DNA of 64,000 nt from assembly GCA_002336245.1 (NCBI GenBank), contig DDDG01000024.1, positions 45,794 to 109,793 of the forward strand, in the 5' to 3' direction. Each line of letters begins with the position of its first letter. The first letter of the stretch is position 1. Position numbers and translations under genes: made by a program. Below, piece by piece: positions 1 to 8,196 of this stretch. Origin of the DNA: Flavobacteriales bacterium UBA1986 (lineage in GTDB: Bacteria > Bacteroidota > Bacteroidia > Flavobacteriales_G > Salibacteraceae). The notes under the pieces are model-generated. The model was not told the DNA's origin. It did no database searches and worked only from the letters and a program-made list of their open reading frames with translations.

Positions 1-2047
1 CTCGAACCTTCTGGCCCAAGTGAAATTCTTGCCCTGTGTTCTGGCCTCGAATGCAAAATTCCTTCTCATCGAAGAAAAAGTAGTCGCCCTGCAATTCTCT
101 CAAGCGGATGAGTCCTTCACATTTATTCTCGGTCATCTCCACAAACATTCCCCATTCTGTAACTCCCGAAACGATTCCTTCAAAATCCTTTCCAACAGAA
201 TCTTGAACAAATAGAACTTGAAAATATTTGGTAGAAGCTCGTTCCGCTTCCGCAGCTTTTCGCTCGCGTTCGGAGGAGTGCTCGCAGAGATCTTCCAAAT
301 CGTCTGGGGTGATTCCAGCGGATTGATTCTTCAAATAACACCCCAAAAGTCGATGCACAAGCACATCCGGATATCGACGAATGGGTGATGTGAAGTGAAC
401 ATAGTAGGGAAAGCCCAAGCCAAAGTGTCCGATGTTGTCGGTGGTATAAATAGCCTTGGCCATCGACCGTATCGCCATCATGGAAATGACATCTTCTTCG
501 GGTTTCCCTTTGATTTGGCCTAAAAGTTCATTCAATGCACGCGGAAGATCCTTCGTGCCTTTCATGTGCACTTTGTATCCGAATTTTGAAATGAATTTGA
601 AAAAATCCGTGAGCTTGTCGAAGTCTGGCTTGTCGTGAACCCGGTACGGGAAAATTTTAGCTTCCCCTTTGGTTGGCTTGCCCACATAAGTTGCAATGGT
701 TTTATTTGCAAGAAGCATGAACTCCTCAATCATCTTGTGGGCATCTTTCTGCACTTTCAACAAGATTCCAATCGGTTTCTTGTTCTCGTCGAGCTCAAAA
801 CGAACTTCCGTTTTATTGAAGGCAAGTGCACCAGCTGCGAGTCGCTCAACGCGCATCGTTTTGGCAATTGAGTTTAGTGCCAGCAGTTCCTCTTTATATT
901 TCCCTTCAGCACCTTCAAGAATCTCTTGCACATCCTCGTAGGCAAAACGGTGATCTGATAAAATCAGGGTTCGGGCAATGCGGAATCCAAGAACCTTTGA
1001 TCCTTTCATTTTAAAAATGCAGGAGAAGCAAGCCTTTTCCTCATTGGGGCGCAATGAGCATAGTTCGTTGGAGAGCACTTCAGGAAGCATCGGGACTACG
1101 CGGTCTACCAAGTAGACAGAAGTTGCCCTCTTTTGAGCCTCCACATCGAGCAAACTTCCATCAGCCATATAGTGCGTGACATCTGCAATGTGCACACCCA
1201 CTTCAACACAACCATCTTCGAGTTGTTTGAATGAAAGGGCGTCATCGAAATCTTTGGCATCATGCGGGTCGATGGTAAAGGTGGTCACCGATCGAAAGTC
1301 TTCGCGATCGCTCCAATCGTTTTTCGCCTCGTTTCGAATCCGATCTGCTTCATGCAAAACCTCTGGTGGAAAGCGGAGCGGGAAGCCGGCGCCAGCAAGA
1401 GCTGCAAGCATTTCAGATTCTTGTTCACCTGGAGGACCAATAACATCCACTACATATGCAATCGGACTGTCAGCACCTTCTGGCCAATCCTTAAATTCCA
1501 CTACTACCTTCTCGCCGTCTTTGGCGTGCATAATCTTGTTGAGTGGAACAAAAAAGTCTCCTCTATATTTTTGGCTGTCGGGCTTTAGAAAAGCAAACTT
1601 GGCAAATACCTCAAGCGTACCAGTGATGTGATGAAGTGCGCGTTTGCTTACTTCAAGCACACGTCCTTTCAACTTCTTCGCTTTGGCTTTTTTGAGTGCG
1701 ACACTCACCTCATCACCCTGCAATGCCAGGCCGACATCGCTGGCAGGAATGAAGATGTCCTCCGACAAGCCCGTGACACGCACATAGGCGGCTCCCGAGC
1801 GCACAAAATCAATGATGCCCGTGAGGTTTCTGGATTGGTGTGCGAGTCGATATTTGCCTCGCTCCTCTTCAATCAACTTTCCGGTTTTCACCAATTTGTC
1901 GAGACTTTGGGCCACAAGTTTTCGGGACGCTTTGTTGGAAATACTGAGTCGACCACTGATCTGTTTGTAATTCAAACTGTCGTTGGCACTTTCTCTAAAC
2001 ACCTCGAGAATCATATTCCCTAGGTTACCTTTTTTATGTTTGGCCAT
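1..2047 (-). CDS. rnr: Ribonuclease R (3'-5' exoribonuclease); N-terminus complete, C-terminus runs off the window start
   Basis: Absent from the ORF track because there is no stop inside the window. My minus-strand translation from the ATG (complement of 2045-2047) reads MAKHKKGNLGN... It shows an RNB core (TIDPHDAKDFDDALS, HFTSPIRRYPD) and the start of an S1 domain (GIVSGVTEWGMFVEM). Confidence 0.92.
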   Translation of the reverse strand, partial: MAKHKKGNLGNMILEVFRESANDSLNYKQISGRLSISNKASRKLVAQSLDKLVKTGKLIEEERGKYRLAHQSRNLTGIIDFVRSGAAYVRVTGLSEDIFIPASDVGLALQGDEVSVALKKAKAKKLKGRVLEVSKRALHHITGTLEVFAKFAFLKPDSQKYRGDFFVPLNKIMHAKDGEKVVVEFKDWPEGADSPIAYVVDVIGPPGEQESEMLAALAGAGFPLRFPPEVLHEADRIRNEAKNDWSDREDFRSVTTFTIDPHDAKDFDDALSFKQLEDGCVEVGVHIADVTHYMADGSLLDVEAQKRATSVYLVDRVVPMLPEVLSNELCSLRPNEEKACFSCIFKMKGSKVLGFRIARTLILSDHRFAYEDVQEILEGAEGKYKEELLALNSIAKTMRVERLAAGALAFNKTEVRFELDENKKPIGILLKVQKDAHKMIEEFMLLANKTIATYVGKPTKGEAKIFPYRVHDKPDFDKLTDFFKFISKFGYKVHMKGTKDLPRALNELLGQIKGKPEEDVISMMAIRSMAKAIYTTDNIGHFGLGFPYYVHFTSPIRRYPDVLVHRLLGCYLKNQSAGITPDDLEDLCEHSSERERKAAEAERASTKYFQVLFVQDSVGKDFEGIVSGVTEWGMFVEMTENKCEGLIRLRELQGDYFFFDEKEFCIRGQNTGQEFHLGQKVR

Positions 2048-2141
2048 TTAGTGTGTTGGCTGAGTGACATTCACTCGTTTGGAATGGTTCTAAATAAGAG
2101 TTTGACTGAACTCTTCAAAGCCTTTCCGTGTTTAATACTTA

Positions 2142-2149
2142 TACTTTTG
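2142..2149 (+). promoter_or_regulatory. Candidate Bacteroidota -7 promoter box (TACTTTTG = TAnnTTTG) for ferritin
   Basis: Exact TAnnTTTG match 33 nt upstream of the ferritin ATG. No clear -33 TTTG at the canonical spacing. Confidence 0.35.
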
Positions 2150-2182
2150 AAGCTAAATTAGTTTAATCAAATTCGTGGATGT

Positions 2183-2701
2183 ATGTTAAAGAAAAAAATT
2201 GAAGATGCCTTAAACCACCAAGTCCTTTTAGAGGGAGAATCTTCTCATTTCTATTTGGCCATGGCAAGTTGGGCAGAAGTTCAAGGATACAGCGGAAGTG
2301 CTGACTTTTTCTATGGCCACTCCGACGAAGAGAGAACTCATATGCTCAAGCTGGTACACTACCTCAACGAGCGCGCCGGCAAAGCAGTCATTCCAGCCAT
2401 AGCTCAGCCAGATACCAATTTCGAATCTCTAACGGCCTGCTTCGAAGCTCTATTGGAACACGAAGTAAAGGTTACAGAGTCCATCAATGAACTCGTCTTC
2501 ATGTGCCTTGAAGAAAAGGACTACACAACACACAATTTCCTTCAGTGGTACGTTGCAGAGCAACTTGAAGAAGAGGCTCTTGCTAGAACCGCCTTGGATC
2601 GCATCAAACTGGTAGGTGGCGATAAGTCGGGAATGTACATGTTCGACCGCGACATCAACAGTCTAAAAGTTCAGTCGGCTGCAGGTCCTATGGGGCAATA
2701 A
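2183..2701 (+). CDS. ftnA: Ferritin (non-haem, bacterial Ftn type)
   Basis: 172 aa. Ferroxidase-centre context (LLEGESSHFYLAMASW, DEERTHMLKLVHYL, LEHEVKVT). Confidence 0.85.
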   Translation: MLKKKIEDALNHQVLLEGESSHFYLAMASWAEVQGYSGSADFFYGHSDEERTHMLKLVHYLNERAGKAVIPAIAQPDTNFESLTACFEALLEHEVKVTESINELVFMCLEEKDYTTHNFLQWYVAEQLEEEALARTALDRIKLVGGDKSGMYMFDRDINSLKVQSAAGPMGQ

Positions 2702-3218
2702 AACGCAAAGAGACTTTCGTTTTTTGGATACCAGAACCTTGAAGTTCTGTGCGAACCTCTTGATACAGTCCGTAGCTCGGACGATACAAAAGGCGAGCAT
2801 CCAATTGCCTCAAAACGTCTTTTTCACTGTACATATACTCGAGTCGGGTGAGAACCTCACCTTCATATTCGTGTTCAACCCATTGCGTGCCATTCAGTTC
2901 CTCATTGGCGCTGAGACGATACGTGGTTTTACTTCCCCAATTGCTGGTCTCAAGCTCATACCTAGCCGAAGAGCGTGTGGAGTTGATGTCGGCCTTTTTT
3001 AACAGACCAAACTCGTCCTCCCAATTCGGCGACATTATAACTGTGTCGACTAAGCCAGCACGTTCGGCAATCTTAACGAATTGAAGATCTGAGTTTTGAA
3101 TCTTCTCAATCTCGGCGTCCAAATCCACATAAAAATGGTAGGCTTTCGCTTCCTCTTTTTTTGGCGGAGTGCACCCAACAATAAAGGCGATTAATATAAG
3201 AGAGGCTATTCCTTTCAT
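2688..3218 (-). CDS. Lipoprotein of unknown function
   Basis: Signal peptide with lipobox (LILIAFIVGC). ATGA overlap with the upstream acyl-CoA dehydrogenase stop. The 3' end overlaps the ferritin 3' end by 14 nt. Confidence 0.6.
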   Translation of the reverse strand: MKGIASLILIAFIVGCTPPKKEEAKAYHFYVDLDAEIEKIQNSDLQFVKIAERAGLVDTVIMSPNWEDEFGLLKKADINSTRSSARYELETSNWGSKTTYRLSANEELNGTQWVEHEYEGEVLTRLEYMYSEKDVLRQLDARLLYRPSYGLYQEVRTELQGSGIQKTKVSLRFIAP

Positions 3219-4387
3219 TCAAAAGCTGCTATTCCAGTAATGTCCTTTCCAGTAATGAGAAGGTGAATGTCGTGCGTTCCTTCGTAGGTGATTACAGATT
3301 CCAAATTCATCATATGCCGCATGATTGAATACTCATTGGTAATTCCCATGGCGCCATGAATCTGACGCGCTTCTCTGGCAATCTTCAAAGCCATGTCGAC
3401 GTTGTTTCTCTTCGCCATCGAGATCTGAGCTGAAGTAGCCCTACCCTCTTCGCGCAAAACACCCAAGCGCCAAGTAAGCATTTGAGCTTTGGTAATCTCG
3501 GTGATCATCTCAGCCAATTTCTTTTGAATGAGTTGAAAACCAGCGATGGGTTTTCCAAATTGAATCCGTTCTTTCGAATAGCGCAGAGCCGAGTCGTAAC
3601 AATCTAAGGCCGTTCCAATGGTTCCCCATGCAATTCCGTAGCGGGCCGAGTCCAAACAGCCAAGTGGCGCTCCCAATCCGCTTTTTCCAGGAAGGAGATT
3701 TTCTTTCGGCACTTTCACATTATCGAACACCAGCTCACCAGTAGCCGAGGCTCTTAAGGACCATTTTCCATGTGTTTCTGGCGTCGTAAAACCTTCCATT
3801 CCACGTTCTACTATGAGTCCATGAATGCGACCCGATTCATCTTTCGCCCAAACAACAGCAAGATCGCAAAATGGAGAATTCGAAATCCACATTTTAGCGC
3901 CGTTCAGTAAATAGTGATCGCCCATATCCTTGAAGTTGGTCGTCATCCCGCTTGGGTTCGACCCATGATCAGGCTCGGTCAAACCAAAACTCCCCATGAA
4001 CTCACCACTCGCCAGTTTGGGCAAGAATTTCATGCGCTGTTCTTCGCTCCCGTACTTCCAAATTGGGTACATCACCAAACTCGACTGCACAGAAGAGGTT
4101 GAGCGAACACCTGAGTCCACGCGCTCCAATTCCTGCATGATGATTCCGTACGAAATCTGATCAAGGCCAGGCCCTCCGTACTTTTCAGGAATGTATGGGC
4201 CAAAGGCACCAATGGATGCTAAGCCCGGAATGATTTGTTTAGGGAACTCAGCTTTTTCGTAAGCCTCCTCAATGATTGGAGAAACTTCCTTCTTCAACCA
4301 AGCTCGGGCAGTATCTCGAATGAGCTTATGCTCTTCAGTCAACAAATCATCGAGTAAATAATAATCGTGGTGTTCGTATCGATCCAT
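3215..4387 (-). CDS. Acyl-CoA dehydrogenase (glutaryl-CoA dehydrogenase-like)
   Basis: 390 aa. ACAD motifs (GSFGLTEPDHGSNPSGM, KMWISNS, C-terminal YEGTHDIH). Confidence 0.85.
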   Translation of the reverse strand: MDRYEHHDYYLLDDLLTEEHKLIRDTARAWLKKEVSPIIEEAYEKAEFPKQIIPGLASIGAFGPYIPEKYGGPGLDQISYGIIMQELERVDSGVRSTSSVQSSLVMYPIWKYGSEEQRMKFLPKLASGEFMGSFGLTEPDHGSNPSGMTTNFKDMGDHYLLNGAKMWISNSPFCDLAVVWAKDESGRIHGLIVERGMEGFTTPETHGKWSLRASATGELVFDNVKVPKENLLPGKSGLGAPLGCLDSARYGIAWGTIGTALDCYDSALRYSKERIQFGKPIAGFQLIQKKLAEMITEITKAQMLTWRLGVLREEGRATSAQISMAKRNNVDMALKIAREARQIHGAMGITNEYSIMRHMMNLESVITYEGTHDIHLLITGKDITGIAAFE

Positions 4388-4486
4388 TCTTCAGAATTTC
4401 TGCTGCAAATTTAACCTTCAAAGGCAAACTATTGTTTTGCAGGAGCCTTTTAATCTCATACATTTACACACTTATTTACGTCCAGT

Positions 4487-4858
4487 ATGACAAATAAACT
4501 CTTCGGCGCTTCATTAATAGGTTGCGCTTTCCTGATTTTTTTTTCGTGCACGAAAGAAGTAATCGACATCTCTACCCCGGATACTTCGGCAATCAGTTTT
4601 TGTGACACCGTAACTTATGGCACTCACATCACTGACTTTTTGAACACACATTGCACGACATGTCATGTTGCCGGAGGCATAGGACCTGGTGATTTCACGA
4701 ACTATAGTGAAATTAAATCTGAACTGGATCAAGGTGATCTTGAAGAAAAAGTATTCGATCCGAACACCTGCTCACCAATGCCTCCTTGTGGAGGTTTAAC
4801 AACTGAAGAAAAAGATCGTTTACAATGCTGGATTGATGCCGGCGGCCCCAACAACTAA
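4487..4858 (+). CDS. Small lipoprotein with a single CxxCH haem-c binding motif
   Basis: Lipobox LIFFSC. CTTCH motif followed by VAGG. Extra Cys pairs in the C-terminal half. Confidence 0.6.
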   Translation: MTNKLFGASLIGCAFLIFFSCTKEVIDISTPDTSAISFCDTVTYGTHITDFLNTHCTTCHVAGGIGPGDFTNYSEIKSELDQGDLEEKVFDPNTCSPMPPCGGLTTEEKDRLQCWIDAGGPNN

Positions 4859-4862
4859 TTTT

Positions 4863-5414
4863 ATGAAAAACAGCATTCTCAGCCTAACGCTCATCTTATT
4901 GAGCTCAAGTCTTTTCGCACAAGTATGGAAGAGCTCGGAAAATAAAGTCCATTTTTTCTCCGAAGCTCCTTTGGAAAACATTGAAGCGACAAATACCACT
5001 TCAATTGCCTTGTACAATGAGGAAAACAAACAATTGGCAATAGTGATTCCCATCAAAGGCTTCAAGTTCGAAAAAGAATTGATGGAAGAGCACTTCAACG
5101 AAAATTACATGGAGAGCGAGAAATTCAAGAACGGAAAGTTCAAGGGAACTCTTGACGGCGACATCGACTTCTCAAAAGACGGCACGTATGAAACTACCGC
5201 AACGGGTATTCTCACCATACACGGCGTAGAGCAAAAGAGAACAATTAAAGGAACTTTGATCGTAAAAAAGGGAACTCTGCAGATGCAAAGCAAATTCCAG
5301 ATTAAGCTGGAAGATCACGACATTGAGATTCCGAAAATTGTGTTCTCAAACATTGCGGAAGTCATAGACGTAACCTGCGATTTCAGCTTCAAGCCTCAGC
5401 CCAAGAAAAAATGA
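4863..5414 (+). CDS. YceI-like (polyisoprenoid-binding lipocalin-like) periplasmic protein
   Basis: Internal ATG at 4863 gives a clean signal peptide (MKNSILSLTLILLSSSLFAQ). YceI-like pattern (VHFFSEAPLENIEATN ... GTLTIHGV). Confidence 0.75.
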   Translation: MKNSILSLTLILLSSSLFAQVWKSSENKVHFFSEAPLENIEATNTTSIALYNEENKQLAIVIPIKGFKFEKELMEEHFNENYMESEKFKNGKFKGTLDGDIDFSKDGTYETTATGILTIHGVEQKRTIKGTLIVKKGTLQMQSKFQIKLEDHDIEIPKIVFSNIAEVIDVTCDFSFKPQPKKK

Positions 5415-6337
5415 AACAACTGATTTCAGCCCTTGCCCTAGCCCTGCTCTTTGCATTTTCCTCGCATCTTTCAGCACAGGAAGATTTGATGTCGATGCTG
5501 GAAGATGAAGCCGACGCCAATGACGACAGTCGAGTTTACGCAACCTTCAAAACCATGAAGGCGGTAAACTTCCATACGATTGAAATGGTCAAGAAAAAAA
5601 GTTTGGACTTTAGAGTCACGCACCGTTTTGGAAATATGGGTTCTGCAAGTGGTGGTGGTGTTCACAACATTTGGGGCCTCGACAACTCCGACGATATCCG
5701 CATTTCGTTTGATTACGGAATCACAGAAGATCTTCAAGTAGGCTTTGGTCGAAGTAAGCGAAATGAGCTCATCGATGCCAACATCAAATACCGAATTCTG
5801 GCACAAAGTGCTCAGAAGACCCCCATCAGCTTGGTGCTCTTGGCAAATTTTGGCATCACTCCAAAACGTGACCTCAACGGATTTTATTCAAAGTCAAGCA
5901 GTCGGCTAAATTATGTGCATCAGTTAATCATTGCCCGAAAGTTCGGGGAGCGATTTTCACTGGAATTGATTCCAACGCACGTCTATCAAAACTTGCGCAT
6001 TAAAGACAACAGCGGAATAGACCAACACTCCATCTTGGCTTTAGGTGTTGCCGCACGACTAAAATTAACCCAGCGGGTGGCCCTCATCGCAGATTATGCA
6101 TACATCGCATCCGATTACAGACGCTCGCACAGCAGCATTACCTACCAAGATCCTTTGGGTGTTGGTGTTGAAATTGAAACCGGTGGTCACGTCTTTCACC
6201 TCACGGTGACGAATGCAAGCGGAATCGTAGAAAACAATTTCTTACTCAACACTACTGACGATTGGACCCAGGGTGGGATGAAGTTGGGCTTCAACATATC
6301 CCGTGTTTTTAATCTAAACTTTAACGGTAAGGAATAG
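5411..6337 (+). CDS. Predicted outer-membrane beta-barrel protein (DUF5777-like, from memory)
   Basis: Signal peptide. Alternating amphipathic beta-strand pattern ending in an aromatic-rich C-terminus. RVTHRFG motif. ATGA overlap with the YceI stop. Confidence 0.55.
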   Translation: MKQLISALALALLFAFSSHLSAQEDLMSMLEDEADANDDSRVYATFKTMKAVNFHTIEMVKKKSLDFRVTHRFGNMGSASGGGVHNIWGLDNSDDIRISFDYGITEDLQVGFGRSKRNELIDANIKYRILAQSAQKTPISLVLLANFGITPKRDLNGFYSKSSSRLNYVHQLIIARKFGERFSLELIPTHVYQNLRIKDNSGIDQHSILALGVAARLKLTQRVALIADYAYIASDYRRSHSSITYQDPLGVGVEIETGGHVFHLTVTNASGIVENNFLLNTTDDWTQGGMKLGFNISRVFNLNFNGKE

Positions 6338-6340
6338 CCA

Positions 6341-7003
6341 ATGATGGAAGCCATACCAATTGAGCAAAGCAATTATCCGGCGGTCCTTCTCAGTCTTTCG
6401 TTTTTATCTTATGTCCTGATTCGATTTCGCTTTACCCGGCGAATGTCAGAATTGCTGAGCGCATTTGCTAGCAAACGTTTCATCTCTCAATTGCTCCGAG
6501 AAGAAAATCCTTTTTTAAACGTTAGCTCCATCGTTCTTTACCTGAATTACGTGCTCAATGCTGCACTTTTTTTCAGTCTTTTGTTGCAACAAAACGTACT
6601 TGAACATCCCCTTTTTCAAGGACTAACCGGCTTCTTTTTCGCATTGCTTCTCTTGTTTCTTTTCGATCTTTCTAAGCTTTTGAGCTACTGGGGTTCAGCA
6701 TTCATATTTCAATCGGAGACTCAGACCTCCAATTATGTGCTTTACTTAATGTCGAGTAGACAAGTGGGAGGAATTATTTTCTTCGTTCTGAATCTTTTTC
6801 TGGCCTATTCTCCTATTCCATCAATTTATATTGCCTGGTTCGCGCTTTTCAACGTGAGCCTTCTTTCCCTTCATCGGCTCATTCGCTCAGTGCCGATTTC
6901 TCAAAACTTCGCGAGCTTTTCCATCCATCACTTTTTGTTGTACATTTGCACGCTGGAATTATCTCCCGTTCTTCTCGGCGGAAAATTATTCCTAATAAAC
7001 TGA
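6341..7003 (+). CDS. Multi-pass membrane protein of unknown function (DUF4271-like, from memory)
   Basis: 220 aa with about 6 hydrophobic segments. Lies directly upstream of hemD, an arrangement I recall across Bacteroidota. Confidence 0.55.
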   Translation: MMEAIPIEQSNYPAVLLSLSFLSYVLIRFRFTRRMSELLSAFASKRFISQLLREENPFLNVSSIVLYLNYVLNAALFFSLLLQQNVLEHPLFQGLTGFFFALLLLFLFDLSKLLSYWGSAFIFQSETQTSNYVLYLMSSRQVGGIIFFVLNLFLAYSPIPSIYIAWFALFNVSLLSLHRLIRSVPISQNFASFSIHHFLLYICTLELSPVLLGGKLFLIN

Positions 7004-7053
7004 TTTTCAGTTTATTATTAGAGTAATATTTTAACCCACTTACACGATTTAAG

Positions 7054-7803
7054 TTGGAAAAAGTAAAATCTATCCTCGTTTCGCAACCAGCTCCGGATAA
7101 GAATATAAATCCGTATGCTGACCTAGCGGAAAAGTATAAGTTGAAGATTGACTTCCGATCTTTCATTCACGTTGAAGGAGTCGATGGACAAGAATTCCGG
7201 AAGGATAGAATCAATCTTTTAGACTTCACTGCGGTCATTTTTACTTCAAGAAATGCTGTTGATCATTACTTCCGCATGGCGGAAGAAATGCGCGTAACTG
7301 TTCCCGATAGCATGAAATATTTCTGCCTATCGGAATCTACTGCCTACTACCTCCAGAAGTATGTTGTGTATAGAAAACGAAAGATTTTCTTTGGCAAACA
7401 AACTTTCAGTGATCTGCTCACTGTGATGAAGAAACACAAGAGTGAAAAATTCTTGTTGCCAAGTTCAGACATTCTGAAGCCAAACATTCCACAAGGCTTG
7501 GACGAGTTGGGTCTTGATTATCAACGAGCCATTTTCTACAACACTGTGTGCAGTGACCTTTCAGACTTAGACAATGTGAAATACGACGTTCTAGTATTCT
7601 TCAGTCCTTCTGGAATCAAGTCGCTCTTTCAGAACTTTCCAAAATTCACTCAGAACGGAACGCGCATTGCTGCTTTCGGGCCAACAACCATTCAGGCTGT
7701 TGAAGAAACTGGCTTGAGAGTAGACATCAAAGCGCCCCAGCCAAACCTTCCTTCGATGAGTATGGCCTTGGAAGGTTACATCAAGCAGTCGAACAAACGC
7801 TAG
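7054..7803 (+). CDS. hemD: Uroporphyrinogen-III synthase
   Basis: 249 aa, TTG start. HemD-like pattern (ILVSQP ... VIFTSRNAVDHYF ... FFSPSGIKSLF). Confidence 0.8.
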   Translation: MEKVKSILVSQPAPDKNINPYADLAEKYKLKIDFRSFIHVEGVDGQEFRKDRINLLDFTAVIFTSRNAVDHYFRMAEEMRVTVPDSMKYFCLSESTAYYLQKYVVYRKRKIFFGKQTFSDLLTVMKKHKSEKFLLPSSDILKPNIPQGLDELGLDYQRAIFYNTVCSDLSDLDNVKYDVLVFFSPSGIKSLFQNFPKFTQNGTRIAAFGPTTIQAVEETGLRVDIKAPQPNLPSMSMALEGYIKQSNKR

Positions 7804-7827
7804 GCAATTATTGGCGAACTTTAACCA

Positions 7828-8181
7828 GTGAACCAAGGACTGGCAAAAGCTCATAAGCTTAAAGGTTATACTGCGATCCGACTCTTATTCGAGAAGGGTA
7901 AGTCGCAACGCGTCGCTTTCTTGCAACTTCTTTCAAGAGAAAACCAAGAGGCTAAACATCGCATGGGCTTCAGCGTTCCGAAAAGACGGTTTAAAAAAGC
8001 TGTTGATCGCAACTCACTGAAACGCAAGATGCGAGAGGCATACCGCCGCCACAAACATCTACTTCGTTCAGACGGTCCAAAAATGGATTCTATGATTATT
8101 TACCAAAAGTCTGAAATCCTTGACTATAAAGAGATTGAAGAGATAATAATTCTAATTTTGAAACGTTTGGCTTCCCAATAA
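7828..8181 (+). CDS. rnpA: Ribonuclease P protein component
   Basis: 117 aa, basic, GTG start. RnpA-like motif KKAVDRNSLKRKMREAYR. Confidence 0.75.
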   Translation: MNQGLAKAHKLKGYTAIRLLFEKGKSQRVAFLQLLSRENQEAKHRMGFSVPKRRFKKAVDRNSLKRKMREAYRRHKHLLRSDGPKMDSMIIYQKSEILDYKEIEEIIILILKRLASQ

Positions 8182-8196
8182 TCTCGTATAAACTTC

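Noticed and set aside
1176-2023. Long plus-strand ORFs (151, 108 and 131 aa) at the window start.
   Set aside because: They lie antisense to a clear RNase R reading frame. Their Ser/Ala/Cys-rich low-complexity translations are typical shadow ORFs.
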